DNA of 64,000 nucleotides from Gammaproteobacteria bacterium (GTDB lineage Bacteria; Pseudomonadota; Gammaproteobacteria; UBA1113): NCBI GenBank assembly GCA_020051015.1, contig JAGVJQ010000032.1, positions 7,199 to 71,198 of the forward strand, read 5' to 3'. Shown piece by piece: positions 60,723 to 64,000 of this stretch (position 1 is its first letter; each line of letters starts with the position of its first letter). The notes under the pieces were generated by a model. It saw only the letters and a program-made list of their open reading frames with translations, ran no database searches and was not told where the DNA came from. The position numbers and the translations under genes were made by a program.

Positions 60723-62108
60723 ATGGAAAAAAATGCAAAATTTGACTTCATTGCCAAAAAAATCAAAACCGAAATGCGCAAATTACAAATCCCGGGCGTT
60801 GCTATTGGTATTTATCATCATGGCGAAATCCATACGGCAGGCTTTGGCGTTACTAATGTCGATAATCCATTACCTATAACACCACAAACACTGTTCCCTA
60901 TTGGTTCAATCAGCAAAACCTTTACTGCTTTGCTAGCTATGCGTCTGGTTGAAAAGGGTCTGCTAGATCTCGACACACCAATAAAAAAATATTTGCCTAA
61001 TTTTAAAATGAAAGACGCAAATACTAAAAATAAAGTTACTATGCGTCATTTATTAACCCATGTCGGTGGTTGGAGCGGTGATTACTTTCAAGAACAAGGC
61101 GACGGTGAAGATGCCTTAGCAAAAATTGCTGCTGAAGTAGCCCACTTACCGCAACAATTTCCACTTGGTGAAATGTTTTCTTATAATAACTCTGGATTTT
61201 ATCTAGCAGGCCATGTCATTCAACAAATTTGTCAAAAACCATTTGAAACGCTGATGCAAGAATTAGTTTTTGCTCCCATGGAGCTTAAACAAGCTTATTA
61301 TTTTATCCGAGATTATTGTGGTAAACGTTTTACCGTTGGGCATCATAATGCGCCTGATGTACCACCAATCGTTCTTTCGCAATATGGTTGTGGCCGCATG
61401 GCTAATCCAGCCGGTGGCATTGTAACCAATATCGAAGAACTTTTACGATATGCTCGTATTTATTTACATAAAGGTAAAAACGAGCATGGTAATCGAGTAT
61501 TGTCTAGTGACACTATTCATCAATTATTAGTTCCACAGGTATCTGTTTATAACCAAGAACAAGATAAGCAATCTATTGCGTTAAGTTGGTTTTACAATGA
61601 ACTTGGCGACATAAAAGTTTACTCGCATGGTGGTGGAGTAACCGCCCAATGTGCATTGTTAGCTTTCGCACCAGAGCATGATTTTGCTTTTGCGTTATTA
61701 ACCAATAGCTCAGCAGGGATAAAATTATTACATTTATTAACACCACAAATTTATTTGCAATATCTAGGTATTAATCAATCAATGCCTAAACCTAAAAGGT
61801 GGCCTGCATCGTTTTTAAAGCAATATCTTGGAACCTATGCTGGTAGTACAGGTGAAAAAATTATTATCGATAAAAATGAGAAAAATCTTATTTTTCAATT
61901 TATTCCTTCACCGGAAATTATGGATCAGTTAAAAATCCCTGCAGAACACAGACTAAATCCACCCACTATTGAAATTGGTTTGGTGAGTGAAGACATGTGG
62001 GTTATTGTGGGTAATGAATTTCCTGGTATGCGCGGTGAATTTATACGCGATGCCAATGGAAACATTGCTTGGCTTCGTGCCGGTCGTGTCGCGAAAAAAA
62101 TAAATTAG
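60723..62108 (+). CDS. beta-lactamase-family (class C type) serine hydrolase with a C-terminal extra domain
   Basis: SxxK motif SISKTF; Y-x-N-like YNNSGF; HxG motif SHGGG. 461 aa. Confidence 0.75.
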   Translation: MEKNAKFDFIAKKIKTEMRKLQIPGVAIGIYHHGEIHTAGFGVTNVDNPLPITPQTLFPIGSISKTFTALLAMRLVEKGLLDLDTPIKKYLPNFKMKDANTKNKVTMRHLLTHVGGWSGDYFQEQGDGEDALAKIAAEVAHLPQQFPLGEMFSYNNSGFYLAGHVIQQICQKPFETLMQELVFAPMELKQAYYFIRDYCGKRFTVGHHNAPDVPPIVLSQYGCGRMANPAGGIVTNIEELLRYARIYLHKGKNEHGNRVLSSDTIHQLLVPQVSVYNQEQDKQSIALSWFYNELGDIKVYSHGGGVTAQCALLAFAPEHDFAFALLTNSSAGIKLLHLLTPQIYLQYLGINQSMPKPKRWPASFLKQYLGTYAGSTGEKIIIDKNEKNLIFQFIPSPEIMDQLKIPAEHRLNPPTIEIGLVSEDMWVIVGNEFPGMRGEFIRDANGNIAWLRAGRVAKKIN

Positions 62109-62133
62109 CAACAAATGATAAGAAATTACAATC

Positions 62134-63843
62134 ATGAATAATTCTATAAATACAATGCAAGAAAAATCAAAATTTGGTTTGTGGTATTTTTTCAAATTAT
62201 ATTGGAGAAATACCTCTAGAAAGCTTAATATATTTTTAATCATTGCTATGGCAATCACTGCTGCAATGCAAGTATTTGCATTCATGGCTTTTAATCAATG
62301 GACAAACGTGTTTTTTGATGACCTTCAATCTTATGAAACGTCTAAAATAATTATGTTAATAATTACCTTTATTTTTATAACAATAGCAACCGCCAGCGCT
62401 TTGGCACTTAATAATTATTTTATCGGCTTATTTAGTTTAAAATGGCGAATTCATTTAACCAACCACCTTAAAACGCAATGGTTAAGTAATCGTCATTATG
62501 ACCGTTTACAAAAACTCGCCTTAATTGATAATCCTGAACAGCGGATCAGTGATGACTTAAACTTAATGCCCCAACTCGCTATAACTATTGCCAATCAAAT
62601 ATTTCAAGCTATTTTAAGTTTAATTGTATTTGGTTGCGAACTATGGATTTTCTCCCGACAATGGGTGATGCAAATTGCTGGCAATTCTGTTCATATCCCT
62701 GGTATTTATCTGTGGTCAACATTAATTTATGCCATTATTTTTAATGTGCTTATTTTCACCCTCGGACATAACTTAATTAAGTTAAATTATTTTAACCAAA
62801 AACTAACTGCTAATTTTCGTTACATCATGTCATTGATTCGCGAGCATAGCAAAAAAATTGCCTTACAAAAATTCGAACCCTATCATCAAGAGAAAACAAC
62901 CGTTGATTTTGCTGCTGTAGTAACAAATTCGTTAGCCATTTTACGTCTTGATCGATTAATTCAATTTATTAGAAACATGTGTTTGTATTCTGGCGCTATT
63001 ATTATTCAATTGGTTGCATTGCCAGCGTATTTTGTTAATCATTTACAAATTGGTTATATAATGAAAGTTGGTGGCGCAACTGCTTTTTTCCTGCAAGGTT
63101 TAACCGTATTAATTACTGTGTACGAAAGCATTGCTCAATTACGTGCTTCACAGCTTCGTGTCAGTGAATTAGCTGGTAATCTAGATAAATTATCATCTGA
63201 TGAAGAAGTGACAAAGCTTATTACCTTTCATGATAATCAAGCTATTTTATTATCAAAAATTAAAATACTCACTCCAGATAATCGAGTGCTTCTTTCAATT
63301 GATGACCTGAAAGTTTCTACCAAGAAGAAGTATCTATTTCTTGGTCGAACAGGCATTGGAAAATCAACTTTATTGCAAACCATGGTCGGACAATACGCTT
63401 ATTTTAGTGGTGACTTAACGCTACCAGCCACATTTGATTATCAATATATTCCACAAGATGCATTTCTACCCAATGAAACATTATTAACTCTGTTGGCGAT
63501 TTACTCTAAAAGAGATATTAGTTTTAATGAGGCTAATGATACGTTAACTAAAGTTGGCTTGTCACATTTAAGTGAGTATTTAACTGATGAAGATAAACTA
63601 TGGCAAAAATTATTGTCTATCAGTGAAAAACAAAAATTATGCTTAGCGCAAGCACTTTTAAAACCACCAGAATATTTATTCATCGATAATAGCGATATGC
63701 TCAGTGATAAAGAAAATGAAATCTATTTTGCTGAATGTATGCGGCAATTGTCATCAACTACCGTTATTGTTACTGCCAATAACGCGACTAATACGGATAT
63801 ATTTGACAATGTAGTTGATATGGATAATTTAATTAATAGATAA
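62134..63843 (+). CDS. YddA/ABCD-like ABC half-transporter (TMD plus NBD) with a degenerate ATPase domain
   Basis: N-terminal six-TM ABC_membrane_2/SbmA-like domain. Walker A GRTGIGKST and Q-loop are present. The signature is degenerate (LSISEKQKL). Walker B is LFIDNSD, where the catalytic Glu is replaced by Asn. The H-loop His is absent. Confidence 0.7.
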   Translation: MNNSINTMQEKSKFGLWYFFKLYWRNTSRKLNIFLIIAMAITAAMQVFAFMAFNQWTNVFFDDLQSYETSKIIMLIITFIFITIATASALALNNYFIGLFSLKWRIHLTNHLKTQWLSNRHYDRLQKLALIDNPEQRISDDLNLMPQLAITIANQIFQAILSLIVFGCELWIFSRQWVMQIAGNSVHIPGIYLWSTLIYAIIFNVLIFTLGHNLIKLNYFNQKLTANFRYIMSLIREHSKKIALQKFEPYHQEKTTVDFAAVVTNSLAILRLDRLIQFIRNMCLYSGAIIIQLVALPAYFVNHLQIGYIMKVGGATAFFLQGLTVLITVYESIAQLRASQLRVSELAGNLDKLSSDEEVTKLITFHDNQAILLSKIKILTPDNRVLLSIDDLKVSTKKKYLFLGRTGIGKSTLLQTMVGQYAYFSGDLTLPATFDYQYIPQDAFLPNETLLTLLAIYSKRDISFNEANDTLTKVGLSHLSEYLTDEDKLWQKLLSISEKQKLCLAQALLKPPEYLFIDNSDMLSDKENEIYFAECMRQLSSTTVIVTANNATNTDIFDNVVDMDNLINR

Positions 63844-63859
63844 TTTAGAGAATAATTTT

Positions 63860-64000
63860 ATGAACTCAAAAAATAAAAGCCCATTTATTTCCTTAATGGA
63901 AAACAAACTTGCATCTAGCTCTCTTGATGAAGTTAATGCCTTGATTAGGGCAAAGTTGACCCAACAAAGCCCTATTATTGAAGATATTCCTGGCGATGAT
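63860..64000 (+). CDS. partial hypothetical protein (N-terminus only; runs off the window)
   Basis: ATG at 63860 with an open frame to the window end (MNSKNKSPFISLMENKLASSSLDEVNALIRAKLTQQSPIIEDIPGDD). Confidence 0.35.
   Translation, partial: MNSKNKSPFISLMENKLASSSLDEVNALIRAKLTQQSPIIEDIPGDD

Overview
This 64 kb window is AT-rich (about 36-38% GC by eye) and looks like a chromosomal segment from a gammaproteobacterium of the order Legionellales. It carries part of a Dot/Icm type IVB secretion locus: icmV-dotA-dotB on the minus strand, with icmW plus two signal-peptide ORFs (the second a possible icmX) divergent on the plus strand. It also carries a complete 14-gene nuoA-N operon with separate nuoC and nuoD, and two tRNAs (Lys-TTT and Leu-GAG). 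Several enterobacterial-type synteny blocks are present: lgt/thyA, gpmI-envC-ctpA, yibN-grxC-secB-gpsA, dapA-gcvR-bcp, and pepA-holC-valS. These blocks are interrupted by accessory DNA. Two type II toxin-antitoxin pairs are inserted, a RelE/ParE-like pair between lgt and thyA and an AbrB-Doc pair between holC and valS. Two full copies and two terminal fragments of an approximately 150 bp palindromic MITE are present. Several GC-rich REP-like hairpin families occur, one of them inside the nuo operon. Several AT-rich orphan genes are candidate Dot/Icm effectors. They include a protein with an N-terminal PPPDE/DeSI-like peptidase domain, and a repeat-containing 569 aa protein. Other notable items are a degenerate MobH/TraI_2-like protein beside a Bax-like glucosaminidase, a minimal BamC-like lipoprotein, an HPt-REC-REC-GGDEF regulator whose GGDEF motif is degenerate (SGSF), and a LysR / class C beta-lactamase-family hydrolase / degenerate ABC half-transporter cluster. 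No CRISPR array, rRNA, transposase or integrase was found.
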